Shown in pieces: positions 53,648-64,000 of a DNA stretch of 64,000 nucleotides (its first letter is position 1; every line of letters starts with the position of its first letter). A model generated the notes under the pieces. It worked only from the letters and a program-made list of their open reading frames with translations. It did no database searches and was not told the DNA's origin. Source of the DNA: an uncultured Flavobacteriaceae bacterium. Its GTDB lineage: Bacteria > Bacteroidota > Bacteroidia > Flavobacteriales > Flavobacteriaceae. Position numbers and translations under genes: made by a program. Location: contig CALOEI010000003.1 of assembly GCA_942492305.1 (NCBI GenBank), forward strand, positions 123,794-187,793. The letters are read 5' to 3'.

Positions 53648-54535
53648 TTAGCTAAATTGTTTTGCAATTATTTCAGCTTTTCTGTTTTCAGAATAATCGT
53701 AAAAACCTTCACCTGTTTTAATACCTAATTTTCCTGCTTGTACCATATTAACAAGTAATGGGCAAGGAGCGTATTTTGGGTTTTTAAATCCATCATACAT
53801 TACATTTAAAATAGATAAACAAACGTCTAAACCAATAAAATCAGCCAATTGTAATGGGCCCATAGGATGTGCCATTCCTAATTTCATAACAGTATCAATT
53901 TCATAAACACCAGCAACACCATTGTAAAGCGTTTCAATAGCTTCATTTAACATTGGCATTAAAATTCTGTTAGCAACAAAACCTGGATAATCATTTACTT
54001 CAACAGGAACTTTATTAAGGTCTTTAGACAGTTCCATAATTGTTTTTGTTACTTCATTACTTGTGTTATAGCCTCTAATAATTTCAACAAGTTTCATAAT
54101 TGGAACAGGGTTCATAAAATGCATTCCAATTACTTTTTCTGGTCTTTTAGTTACAGATGCAATTTTTGTAATTGATATTGAAGAAGTATTAGAAGCTAAT
54201 ATTGCATTTTCTGGTGCAGCTTCATCTAATTGTTTAAAAATTTTTAATTTTAAATCTACATTTTCAGTAGCAGCTTCAACCACTAAATCAACATTTTTAA
54301 CGCCATCTGTAATAGATGTAAAACTTGAAATATTATTTAATGTTTGTGATTTTGTAGCTTCAGTAATTTTTTCTTTTACTAAAAGTCTATCTAAATTTTT
54401 TGTGATAGTTGCAATTCCTTTTTCAATTGCTTCTTGAGATATATCAATTAAATGTACGTTATAATTGTTTTGTGCAAACACATGAGCAATACCATTTCCC
54501 ATTGTACCAGCACCTATAACTGCTATATTTTTCAT
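53648..54535 (-). CDS. 3-hydroxybutyryl-CoA dehydrogenase
   Basis: VIGAGTMGNGIA, VEAATE, ASNTSS, GMHFMNP, PGFVANR and HPMGP. Confidence 0.93.
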   Translation of the reverse strand: MKNIAVIGAGTMGNGIAHVFAQNNYNVHLIDISQEAIEKGIATITKNLDRLLVKEKITEATKSQTLNNISSFTSITDGVKNVDLVVEAATENVDLKLKIFKQLDEAAPENAILASNTSSISITKIASVTKRPEKVIGMHFMNPVPIMKLVEIIRGYNTSNEVTKTIMELSKDLNKVPVEVNDYPGFVANRILMPMLNEAIETLYNGVAGVYEIDTVMKLGMAHPMGPLQLADFIGLDVCLSILNVMYDGFKNPKYAPCPLLVNMVQAGKLGIKTGEGFYDYSENRKAEIIAKQFS

Positions 54536-54538
54536 TAA

Positions 54539-55320
54539 TTATAATTTTAAAGTTAGTTGTCCTTTTAGATAAGTTATTGCTTGTCCACTCATTTCAACAC
54601 GATCATTTAAATATTTACATTTTAAAAATCCAGTCCTTTTGAAAGCTGCATAGCAACTAAGTTGTTTTTATTGAGCTTTTTGGCCCAGTACGGAATTAGT
54701 TGTGAATGTGCCGAACCTGTTACTGGATCTTCATTAATACCAATTTTAGGTGCAAAAAAGCGGGAAACAAAATCTACGTTGTTTCCTTTTGAAGTTACAA
54801 TAATTCCAGCTTCATCAAGTTCTGTAAGTTCAGAAAAATTAGGAGTTAAATTATTTAGTACTTCTTCGTTTTCTATTAAAACTAACAATTTCCAAATGCC
54901 TTTAAAGGTTTTTAAAATAGGAACATTCAATGCTTGTTTTAAAATTTGTGGTGTTTCAATTTCTTCAATTTCTTCCGAAGGAAAATTAAGTGTGTACCAA
55001 TCTTCTTTTTTTTCGACTGTTAGAGTACCACTTTTTGAAAGGAATTTTACGGTGTTTTTTTGATATTTTAATTCAGAAAAAATAATATGTGCTGCAGCCA
55101 AAGTTGCATGTCCACATAAATCAACTTCACAAGTTGGTGTAAACCATTTTATTTCGAAATTACCTTCATTTTGAACAAAAAACACAGTTTCAGATAAATT
55201 GTTTTCTTCTGCAATAGTTTGCATTAATTCAAAAGAAATCCATTTTTCTAAAGGGCAAACAGCTGCCGGATTTCCTTTAAATAGTTCATTTGTAAATGCG
55301 TCAACTTGGTATAATTTCAT
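54539..55320 (-). CDS. PhzF family isomerase; frameshift near 54638
   Basis: QVDAF, GNPAAV, LSETVF, EVDLCGHAT and EDPVTGSAH. The C-terminus RTGFLKC...RVEMSG is in another frame. Confidence 0.88.
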
Positions 55321-55321
55321 T

Positions 55322-56284
55322 TTAAAAATCGTTAATAATCATATGTGCAACGCGCAAAGCTTCCGTACCTTGTTCTAAAGTAACAATTGGTGTTGTATTG
55401 TTTACAATAGCATCTGCAAAAGTTTCTAATTCATCTAAAATAGCATTATTTGCTGCAATTGTAGGGTTTTCGAAATAAATTTGTTTTTTAATTCCTTCTG
55501 CATTTTGTAAAATCATATCAAAATCTCCCGGTACTTTTGGAGCATCTTTCATTTTAACAACTTCAGTTGCTTTTTCAAAAAAGTCAACAGCTATGTAAGC
55601 ATCTTTTTGAAAGAAACGAGATTTACGCATATTTTTTAATGATATTCTACTTGCTGTTAAATTAGCAACACAACCATTTTCAAATTCTATACGTGCATTT
55701 GCAATATCTGGAGTATCACTAATTACAGAAACACCGCTTGCATGTACGCTTTTAACTTTAGATTTTACAACACTTAATATAATATCAATATCATGTATCA
55801 TTAAATCTAAAACTACAGGAACATCTGTTCCTCTAGGGTTAAACTCTGCCAGCCTATGTGTTTCAATAAACATAGGATTTACAATGGCATCTTTAACTGC
55901 TGTAAATGCAGGATTAAAACGCTCTACATGTCCAACCTGACCTTTAATGTTATTTGCTTCAGCTAATTTTATAATAGTTTCAGCTTCTTCAACTGTTTTA
56001 GTAATCGGTTTTTCAATAAAAATATGTTTGCCTTTTTCTATTGCCAATTTTGCACAATCGAAATGAGAAAGGGTAGGAGTTACAATATCAACAACATCAA
56101 CAGCATCAATTAACTCTTCTACTGAATTGAATATTTTATAACCAAACTCTTCAGAAACTTTCTGAGCGTTTTCTTTAATAGGATCATAAAAACCTACTAG
56201 CTCGTATTTATTTGATTGATTTAATAATTTTAAGTGAATTTTACCAAGGTGACCGGCTCCTAGAACTCCTGCTTTTAGCATCAT
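55322..56284 (-). CDS. Gfo/Idh/MocA oxidoreductase (GnnA-like)
   Basis: GAGHLG, IEKP, VGHVERFNPA, DLMIHDID and TASRIS. Confidence 0.88.
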   Translation of the reverse strand: MMLKAGVLGAGHLGKIHLKLLNQSNKYELVGFYDPIKENAQKVSEEFGYKIFNSVEELIDAVDVVDIVTPTLSHFDCAKLAIEKGKHIFIEKPITKTVEEAETIIKLAEANNIKGQVGHVERFNPAFTAVKDAIVNPMFIETHRLAEFNPRGTDVPVVLDLMIHDIDIILSVVKSKVKSVHASGVSVISDTPDIANARIEFENGCVANLTASRISLKNMRKSRFFQKDAYIAVDFFEKATEVVKMKDAPKVPGDFDMILQNAEGIKKQIYFENPTIAANNAILDELETFADAIVNNTTPIVTLEQGTEALRVAHMIINDF

Positions 56285-56367
56285 AAGATTGTTTATTTTT
56301 ATACTAACAAAAATAACAATCTTTACGCATTTATTCCTATTTTTAACAACTCAAATTTTAATTATTA

Positions 56368-57009
56368 GTGAAAGATACGCACAAACATCAAGGACTTAGA
56401 AATCAATTAGTAGCCACAATCGCGGAAAAAGGTATATTTGATAAAAATGTTTTAAATGCCATTGCAGCGGTACCTAGACATTTATTTATGGATTCTGGAT
56501 TTGTAGATTTTGCATATCAAGATAAAGCGTTTCCTATTGCTGCTGAACAAACTATTTCACAACCTTACACGGTAGCTTTTCAAACTGAATTATTGCAAGT
56601 AAAGCCAACAGATAAAATTTTAGAAATTGGAACAGGTTCTGGATATCAAACAGCTGTTTTAATAGAAATGGGAGCTAGAGTTTATACAATAGAGCGCCAA
56701 AAAGAACTTTTTAAAAAAACGAAATTGTTTTTACCCAAATTAAATTACAAACCAAAGAAAATAATATTTGGAGATGGATATAAAGGATTGCCGGAAGACG
56801 CTCCTTTTGATGGAATAATTGTTACTGCTGGTGCTCCTTATGTGCCAAAACCATTATTGTCGCAATTAAAAATAGGAGGTAGGTTAGTAATTCCTGTGGG
56901 CGATGAAGTGCAAACGATGACACTTTTTGTAAGAACAGGTGAAAAAGACTTTGAAAAACATGAATTAGGAGATTTTAGATTTGTACCAATGCTAAAAGAG
57001 CGTAATTAA
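56368..57009 (+). CDS. pcm: Protein-L-isoaspartate O-methyltransferase
   Basis: VPRHLF, QTISQP, LEIGTGSGYQ, APFDGIIVTA and FVPM. Confidence 0.95.
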   Translation: MKDTHKHQGLRNQLVATIAEKGIFDKNVLNAIAAVPRHLFMDSGFVDFAYQDKAFPIAAEQTISQPYTVAFQTELLQVKPTDKILEIGTGSGYQTAVLIEMGARVYTIERQKELFKKTKLFLPKLNYKPKKIIFGDGYKGLPEDAPFDGIIVTAGAPYVPKPLLSQLKIGGRLVIPVGDEVQTMTLFVRTGEKDFEKHELGDFRFVPMLKERN

Positions 57010-57054
57010 TTATTGTGTTTTTTTATAAATAGAATTTAAAAGTATATTTGAAAA

Positions 57055-58224
57055 ATGAAAAAACTCCTGATATACTTTTTTATAAGTTTTTCTTGCTTTG
57101 CTCAAAATAATATAAATTATAACATACTAAGTATTCATCCAGAACTTTTTATAGGTAAAACTTTTCAACCAAATAGTTGGTTTCCCAAATTAAACACACA
57201 CTATATGCTTGGGCTTAGTTTAGAGAAGAGAAGTAGTGTATATATAGAAAAATGGCAAAATACTATAAACTTATCTGCAACTGGCATCTCTGCACTCTAT
57301 TCTAGTATAGGAAATCAAGAGGTTGTTGGAAATGCAATTTCAATACTTCCGTTTGTAGCAATTAACTTGAATAAACGAGAAACATTTTTAGCTAAATTTG
57401 GACTTGGTGCATCTTATTTTACCAATAAATACCACCCTGTCAATAATCCGCTAAATACAGCTGTTAGTACAAATATTACTTGGGCTTTTTTAACCTCTAT
57501 CTATTATAACATACATTTAAATAATAATCAGTCGCTAAAAGTTGGGGTAGGATATTTTCATCATTCAAATGGTCATACTCAATTGCCAAACTCAGGTTTA
57601 AATACAGCTTTAGTAAGTATTTCGACCAGTTTTGAATTAAGAAAAAAGTTTGTGAATATTCCTACAAATATTGATTTAACAAACAATTTAAAAAAGTTTA
57701 CTAAGTTTTATGAAATTAGATATGGTCAAGGAATTCAAAAATTTATTGACCACGAAAGTAGGGTAAAGGCCATAAATTCGTTAGAATTTAAAGGAGGTGT
57801 ATTTTATAAGGATATATTAAAATTTAGTACAGGTTTTACCTATAGTTTTTATCATCACTATTATGATTTTATAAAAGATAATAATGTTGAGTCTTATATT
57901 GAAAATCCAATTTTAAATGCTTCAAATGTTTACATTGCAATTGGAGTTGAAGCTTTGTTTGGGAATATTGGAATTGATTGGGAAGGAGGCTTAAATGTTT
58001 ATAAGCCATTTTATAAAGAACATTATAAATTACAAGGTGAAGAATTAAATCATATTTATAAATTAAAAAATTTGTTTTTAGGAAAGTTGGGTTTAAAGTT
58101 ATATGCGATAAATACTTTAAAAAGGCCTAAAAACAATTTATATTTAGGAACACATATAAAATCCAATCTAAGTCAAGCAGATTATACTGGACTTAGTATT
58201 GGATTTGTACATAGAATTTTTTAG
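57055..58224 (+). CDS. Acyloxyacyl hydrolase / PagL-like lipid A deacylase domain protein
   Basis: Signal peptide, motif YFHHSNGHTQLPNSGLN (H-x-S-N) and beta-strand pattern. Confidence 0.75.
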   Translation: MKKLLIYFFISFSCFAQNNINYNILSIHPELFIGKTFQPNSWFPKLNTHYMLGLSLEKRSSVYIEKWQNTINLSATGISALYSSIGNQEVVGNAISILPFVAINLNKRETFLAKFGLGASYFTNKYHPVNNPLNTAVSTNITWAFLTSIYYNIHLNNNQSLKVGVGYFHHSNGHTQLPNSGLNTALVSISTSFELRKKFVNIPTNIDLTNNLKKFTKFYEIRYGQGIQKFIDHESRVKAINSLEFKGGVFYKDILKFSTGFTYSFYHHYYDFIKDNNVESYIENPILNASNVYIAIGVEALFGNIGIDWEGGLNVYKPFYKEHYKLQGEELNHIYKLKNLFLGKLGLKLYAINTLKRPKNNLYLGTHIKSNLSQADYTGLSIGFVHRIF

Positions 58225-58292
58225 TAACTTTCTGTTAAGATGCGTGTTATTCTGTAATATCTGTGATTTATTAACACCCAATTTTTAAAAAA

Positions 58293-58727
58293 TTATTCTA
58301 TCACTTTATGCCAATATTGTGTTCTTCCTAATAGCGCAAAGCCAACATAACCTCTAACTTTTAGTTTGTTTTCTCCTTCTAAAGTAATATAACATTTATA
58401 TTCTTTACCTGTTTTTGGATCTAATATTTTAGCATCATTCCACTCATCTCCATCTTTAGATAAACCATTAATAATTTCCATTCCTTTAATCGGTTTGTTT
58501 TTCTTGGCTCCTTTGCATTCTTCACAAACTTTATCTTCTTTTTCTTTTTCAAGAAGTTCAACAATTTTAGCAAAGGCTTTACCGTCTTTTTGGTAAATTT
58601 CAACAATAGATTTTTCGTTACCAGTTTCATCGTCAATTGTTTTCCATTTTCCAAAGATAGATTGCGATTGAATTGATAAGATTCCTATAAAAAATAAACA
58701 GCTTAATGTTGTAATAGTTTTTTTCAT
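58293..58727 (-). CDS. DUF2147 family exported protein
   Basis: GKWKTIDD, ILDPKTGKEY and LKVRGYVG..GRTQYW. Confidence 0.88.
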   Translation of the reverse strand: MKKTITTLSCLFFIGILSIQSQSIFGKWKTIDDETGNEKSIVEIYQKDGKAFAKIVELLEKEKEDKVCEECKGAKKNKPIKGMEIINGLSKDGDEWNDAKILDPKTGKEYKCYITLEGENKLKVRGYVGFALLGRTQYWHKVIE

Positions 58728-58761
58728 AATTTTATAAATATATAATGGTTAAAATAGTTTT

Positions 58762-59289
58762 TTAATCGGTTTTAGCATCAAATTGAAGTTGCCACCTTCC
58801 TTGAACTTTTAATACTTGCTCAATAACATCTCGTACACAACCGTTTCCGCCTTTTTTTTGAGAAATATATAGTGAAATATCTTGAATTTCAGGCACTGCA
58901 TCTTTTGGGCAACATGGTAAACCAACTTGTTTCATTACAGGGAAATCTGGAATGTCATCACCCATATATAACACATTTTCATGATTAATATTATTATTCT
59001 CTAAATATTCATTTAGTTGAATAGTTTTGGTATGTGTTCCCAAGTAAATATCAGTAATTCCTAAACCTTCTAACCGAGTACGAACGCCTTCATTACTTCC
59101 CCCAGAAATTATACAAACATTATAACCAGCATCAACAGCTGTTTTTAATGCATATCCATCTTTAATACTCATATTTCGAATTAATTCACCAGTAGTAGTT
59201 ATGGTTATAATCCCATTAGTTAAAACACCATCTACATCAAAAATAAAGGTGTTAATTTTTGGCATTAGTTCTTTATAGCTTTTTTCCAT
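58762..59289 (-). CDS. kdsC: KdsC family phosphatase (Kdo-8-phosphate phosphatase)
   Basis: FDVDGVLT, KDG, YMGDDIPD and GGNGCVRD. Confidence 0.88.
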   Translation of the reverse strand: MEKSYKELMPKINTFIFDVDGVLTNGIITITTTGELIRNMSIKDGYALKTAVDAGYNVCIISGGSNEGVRTRLEGLGITDIYLGTHTKTIQLNEYLENNNINHENVLYMGDDIPDFPVMKQVGLPCCPKDAVPEIQDISLYISQKKGGNGCVRDVIEQVLKVQGRWQLQFDAKTD

Positions 59290-60034
59290 AAGTATTAAAA
59301 ATAGATTTAGTGAGCAATGTATAAATTTCTTGTTGATTTTTAGTTAAAATTGCCATATGTTTTTTAATGGTTTTTGTATCATTTCTTTTTGCTGGGCCAG
59401 TTTGTGCTTCAATTGGATTTAAAGTTTCAATTTTTAAAGCAGTTTCTTTAATTAAAGGTAGTAAAATTTCAAAAGGAATCTTATTTTCTTCACAAATTTG
59501 ATTACCTATATAGTATAAATGATTTACAAAATTATTAACAAACACAGCACTTACATGTAAATTTTTACGTTGAACTGAATTTATTTTGTAGCAATAATCA
59601 GAAATTGATTTTGCTAATTGTTCTAATAGTTTTTCATCTTTTTTTAAACTAGCTTCATAACAAATTGGTGTTGTTTTAAAATCAATTTTTCTATTTTTTG
59701 AAAATGATTGTAATAAATAAAATACACCTTTATTTGCTTTACATTTTAAGTCATCTAATCCAACAGCTCCAGAAGTATGAACTACTAATTTATTTTTAAA
59801 ATTTAATTTTTCAGAAATTTCTTCAATGGCATTATCTGAGACACAGATTATATAAATATCGGCATTTTTTAATTTATTTAAATTAGAATTTATAGCAGTA
59901 TGGTTTTTCAAATATTGAATTTTTTCAAGTGTTCTATTATAAACCTCAACTAATTCAATATTTTTTGTTTTGAGCAAAATTGTTGTTAAATGATATGCTA
60001 AATTACCACCTCCAAGAATACTAACTTTTATCAT
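59273..60034 (-). CDS. Rossmann-like DUF2520 protein (PanG-like)
   Basis: ILGGGNLA, VSDNAI, HTSGA, HVSAVFVNNF and QTGPAKRND. Confidence 0.85.
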   Translation of the reverse strand: MIKVSILGGGNLAYHLTTILLKTKNIELVEVYNRTLEKIQYLKNHTAINSNLNKLKNADIYIICVSDNAIEEISEKLNFKNKLVVHTSGAVGLDDLKCKANKGVFYLLQSFSKNRKIDFKTTPICYEASLKKDEKLLEQLAKSISDYCYKINSVQRKNLHVSAVFVNNFVNHLYYIGNQICEENKIPFEILLPLIKETALKIETLNPIEAQTGPAKRNDTKTIKKHMAILTKNQQEIYTLLTKSIFNTYGKKL

Positions 60035-60061
60035 ACTACGAAGATACTTTAAAAGTAGTAT

Positions 60062-60099
60062 AAAAAAAACTCCAACTTTTTTAAAAAGCTGGAGTTTTT
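60062..60099 (-). terminator. Intrinsic terminator after ppdK
   Basis: AAAAAAAACTCCAACTTTT...AAAAGCTGGAGTTTTT. Confidence 0.75.
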
Positions 60100-60121
60100 A
60101 ACTACTATCTAAAAAACTATA

Positions 60122-62859
60122 CTATGCTTGTTGTTTTTTTATTGCAGCTTGTGCAGAAGCAATACGTGCAATTGGTACTCTAAATGGAGAACAACTTACA
60201 TAATTCATTCCTACTCTGTGACAGAATTCAACAGAACTTGGTTCACCACCGTGCTCACCACAAATACCAACTTTTAAATTTGGTTTTGTGCTTCTACCTT
60301 TTTCAGTACCCATTTTAACTAATTGTCCAACACCTTCTTGGTCAAGTACCTGGAAAGGATCGTTTTTAAGAATTCCTTTTTCAATGTAAATTGGTAAGAA
60401 TTTACCAGCATCATCACGAGAATAACCAAATGTCATTTGTGTTAAGTCATTTGTCCCAAATGAGAAAAACTCAGCTGATTCGGCAATTTTATCGGCAGTT
60501 AAAGCAGCACGTGGAATTTCAATCATTGTTCCAACCTGATAATCGCAAGTTGCACCTTTTTCCTCGAAAACTTTTTTTGCTGTTGCATTAATAATGTCGG
60601 CCTGCAATTTAGAATTCTTTTACAGTTCCAATAAGTGGCACCATAATTTCCGGACGGGCATCGACCCCCTTCTTTTTCAAATTAACTGCAGCTTCAATAA
60701 TTGCTCTGGCTTGCATTTCTGTAATTTCAGGATAAGTATTTCCTAAACGACAACCACGGTGACCTAACATTGGGTTAAATTCGTGTAAGTCTTCAACCAA
60801 TGCTTTTACTTTATCGATGCTAATTCCCATTTCGTCAGCCATAATTTTTTGGTTGGCTTCTTCGTGAGGAACAAATTCGTGTAATGGTGGATCCAATAAA
60901 CGGATGGTAACACCATAGCCGGCCATTGCTTCCAAAATTCCTTCGAAATCTTCACGTTGGAATGGTAATAATTTATCTAATGCTTCTTTTCTTCCAGCTT
61001 CATTTCTGCTAAAATCATTTCGCGCATTGCTTTAATTCTTTCACCTTCGAAGAACATGTGTTCTGTTCGACAAAGACCAATTCCTTCGGCACCAAAGTCG
61101 CGTGCAACTTTTGCATCAGCAGGAGAATCAGCATTTGTGCGAACTTTCATAGTTGCTATATTTATCAGCTAAATCCATAATTTTTGCAAAGTTCTCCACT
61201 TAATTCAGGATCCATTAGTTGCAACTTTTCCTTCATAAACTTCACCGGTAGATCCGTTTAACGAAATCCAGTCACCTTCCTGGAATTCTTTTCCGTCAAT
61301 GGTCATTACGCGGGTTTTGTAATTAATTTTTACAGCACCTGCACCAGAAACACAACATTTACCCATTCCACGAGCAACAACAGCAGCGTGAGAAGTCATA
61401 CCTCCACGAGCAGTTAAAATACCTTTGGCAATGTTCATTCCTTCTAAATCTTCAGGAGAAGTTTCAACACGAACTAAAACTGATTTGGGATAATTAGCAG
61501 CTTCATCAGCAAAAAATACGATTTGACCTGTTGCAGCACCAGGAGATGCAGGTAAACCTTTTGCAAAACATTTGCAGCTTTCATTGCAGCAGTATCAAAA
61601 ACAGGGTGAAGTAATTCATCCAATTTTGAAGCGTCAACTCTTTTTAATGCTGTTTTTTCGTCAATACGACCTTCTTCCAACATGTCAATAGCAATATTTA
61701 CCATTGCAGCACCGGTACGTTTTCCGTTACGGGTTTGCAGCATCCAAAATTTACCATCCTGAATGGTAAACTCCATATCTTGCATATCGCTGTAATGATC
61801 TTCCAGTTTTTGTTGAGTTTCATTCAACTGGCGATACATTTCCGGCATAAACTCTTCCAGTGACGGATATTTTGAAGCTCTTTCTTCTTCACCTATTCCC
61901 TGAAGTGCAGCCCATCTTTTTGAACCTTCAAGCGTAATTTGCTGAGGAGTACGAATACCTGCAACAACATCTTCACCTTGTGCATCAATTAAATATTCAC
62001 CATTGAAAATATCTTCACCAGTTGCTGCATCACGCGTAAAAGCCACACCTGTTCCGGAGTTACTTCCCATATTACCAAATACCATTGCCTGAACGTTTAC
62101 TGCTGTTCCCCATTCGTCAGGAATTTGCTCCATTCTGCGGTAATAAATTGCACGGTCGTTATTCCAGCTTCCAAAAACAGCTGCAACAGAACCCCAAAGT
62201 TGTTCCCAAGGATCTGTTGGGAAATCTTTTCCGGTTTGTTTTTTTACAGCTGCTTTAAAACGTTCGCTAACTAATTCTTTTAAATCTTCAGTTGTAAAAT
62301 CAGTATCAAGGTGAATTCCTTTTTCTTCTTTTAATTCTTCAATAATTTCTTCGAATGGATCAATTTCCTCTTTACTTTCAGGTTTCATGCCCATTACAAC
62401 ATCGCCGTACATTTGTACAAAACGACGGTATGAATCCCATGCAAAACGGGAATTTCCTGATTTTTTTGCAATACCTTCAACAGCATTCATCATTCATACC
62501 TAAGATTTAAGTACAGTATCCATCATTCCTGGCATTGAAGCTCGGGCACCTGAACGAACTGACATTAAACATGGATTTTCTTTGTCACCGAAAACTGTTC
62601 CGGTTAATTTTTCAACAAGTGCAACAGCTGCTTCAACTTCCGGTTTAATTAAATCGAAAGCTGCTTTCTGGCCCTGCTCGTTGTACATGGTACAAACTTC
62701 AGTGGTAATTGTAAATCCAGGAGGAACAGGTACTCCAATTAGGTTCATTTCTGCAAGGTTTGCACCTTTACCTCCAAGGAGGTTTTTCATGTCTGCTTTA
62801 CCTTCTGCTGTTTTGCCTCCAAATTTATAAACTCTTTTGTCTGTTTGTTTCATCTCCAT
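60122..62859 (-). CDS. ppdK: Pyruvate, phosphate dikinase; split by several frameshifts, probably errors
   Basis: [25 protein letters not shown], phospho-His motif [30 protein letters not shown] and GICGEHGG. Confidence 0.93.
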
Positions 62860-63120
62860 CGTTAATTTAACTTTATATTTATAATATTAATTTTTTTATT
62901 AAAATGAGGTCACAAATTTACAATTTTTTTCTATCATATTTTTATGTTTTAGTTGATAATGTTTGTTATGGACTAATATATCATTGATTTTTAGTACGAA
63001 AATTAATGTTAAATAGTTTGAAGCAGTTTTACAAAATTATATTTTCTTTTTTGCTAACAAACCAATCTAAAGTACATTATCTCCAATATCAAAAAATGAT
63101 TTTTTAATTTTGTTCTAATT

Positions 63121-64000
63121 TTAAAATTCTACATTAAGCAAATCCCCAGAAGTTAGTTGTAATAATATTAACTCGGCATTTTTTGCATCATATCTTGCAT
63201 ATTTAAATTAGATTGAGCATTCAATAAATTTACTTGCGCTTGTCTAAATTCTATAGTTGAAATTTGACCTAATTTATATTGTTCTTCTGTTCTAGAAAAA
63301 TTTCGTTTATTAGTTTCTACATTTTTTTCTCAGCTTGTAAAATAAATAATGCATTGTTATACACTTCTAAGGCATTTGCAACATTTCGTTCTAATTCATT
63401 TTCAACTTGTTCTTTTTGAACTTTTAAATTGTCAGCTGTTATTTTAGAATTTCTTATTAGTATTTTTGAAGTTCCTCCATCAAATAAATTCCAGGTTAAA
63501 TTTACACCCGTATTTAATCCATTGGATAATTGATTGATAAATATACTGGCATCGTTTTTGGATTTATTATAACCATAAGAACCATTAAATTTAAACTTGG
63601 CAATAAGTTCGATTTGTTAATTTTTATATCAAATTGACTTAATTCAATGTTTTTATTTGCTTTTTGAATTTCAACATTGTATTTTTTGGCTTTTTCTAAC
63701 AGTGCATTTAACTCAAATACTAAATTAAATGTGATATCTGTTTCTACTGAAAAATCTGTATTTACATTTCTACCTAAGACCAAATTTAAATCTCTTTTAG
63801 CATTTGCTAATAAACGTTGTGTATTTATGTATTAATGCTATCATTATTAACATCAACTTCAGCATTTAAAACTTCAAGTTTCGTGTTTTGTCCATATTCA
63901 AAACCATATTTTGCACGTTAATAATCTTTGTTTGGAAACGTTCGTAAAGATTCACTAATATTTTTGCGATCTTCAGTTAACTGAGCTACTTTATAATAGA
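63121..64000 (-). CDS. TolC family outer membrane protein (3' part, frameshifted; 5' end outside the window)
   Basis: YGQNTKLEVLNAEVD, GVNLTWNLFDG, FSRTEEQYKLGQIS.IEFRQAQ and AKNAEL.LLQL.G fragments. Confidence 0.8.

Noticed and set aside
54539-55320. PhzF as evidence of phenazine biosynthesis
   Set aside because: No other phz genes are present, and PhzF-like isomerases are widespread singletons.
1982-62830. Numerous 60-180 aa ORFs antisense to or overlapping real genes (e.g. 5171-5701, 21870-22355, 29648-30004, 54662-55063)
   Set aside because: They are shadow ORFs on the opposite strand or an alternate frame of well-supported genes, with no recognisable motifs.
8696-63999. Frameshifts in luxC-like, HAD, gltP, permease, phzF, ppdK and tolC as programmed recoding or phase variation
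   Set aside because: They occur in unrelated housekeeping genes with no common slippery site or long repeat tract, so sequencing error is the simpler explanation.
1-64000. CRISPR arrays, tRNA/rRNA genes, IS elements, prophage or anti-phage defence genes
   Set aside because: I saw no regularly spaced repeats, cloverleaf or rRNA signatures, transposase, integrase, phage or defence motifs.

Overview
AT-rich (roughly 30% GC by eye) chromosomal segment of a marine Flavobacteriaceae, probably Lutibacter/Polaribacter-like, judged from protein content and Bacteroidota-type TAnnTTTG promoter boxes. It is mostly core and metabolic genes: miaA, yggS, serC-serA-DUF1015, kynU, xdhAB, ychF, parE-parC, a cobalamin riboswitch with btuB and a divergent btuF-like gene, divergent fumC and class I fumarase, two paralogous TonB-dependent receptors, prfB, a MacAB-like ABC operon, pcm, kdsC, ppdK and a partial tolC. 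I found no rRNA, tRNA, CRISPR array, IS or prophage. Many single-base frameshifts (dense at about 42-46 kb and 60-64 kb) point to a noisy long-read or mixed-strain consensus rather than real pseudogenes. Most notable points: (1) an Mpv17/PMP22-like membrane protein gene sits directly behind, and in the same reading frame as, xanthine dehydrogenase xdhB and has no canonical start codon; (2) a degenerate attC-like Flavobacterial repeat separates cassette-like genes at the left edge; (3) a ParB/Srx-motif DUF1015 gene follows serC-serA, with no serB in the window; (4) prfB lacks its usual programmed frameshift; (5) ppdK has foreign-looking codon usage; (6) an unannotated 55-aa membrane protein follows the class I fumarase. 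All family assignments come from motif recognition; no database searches were run.
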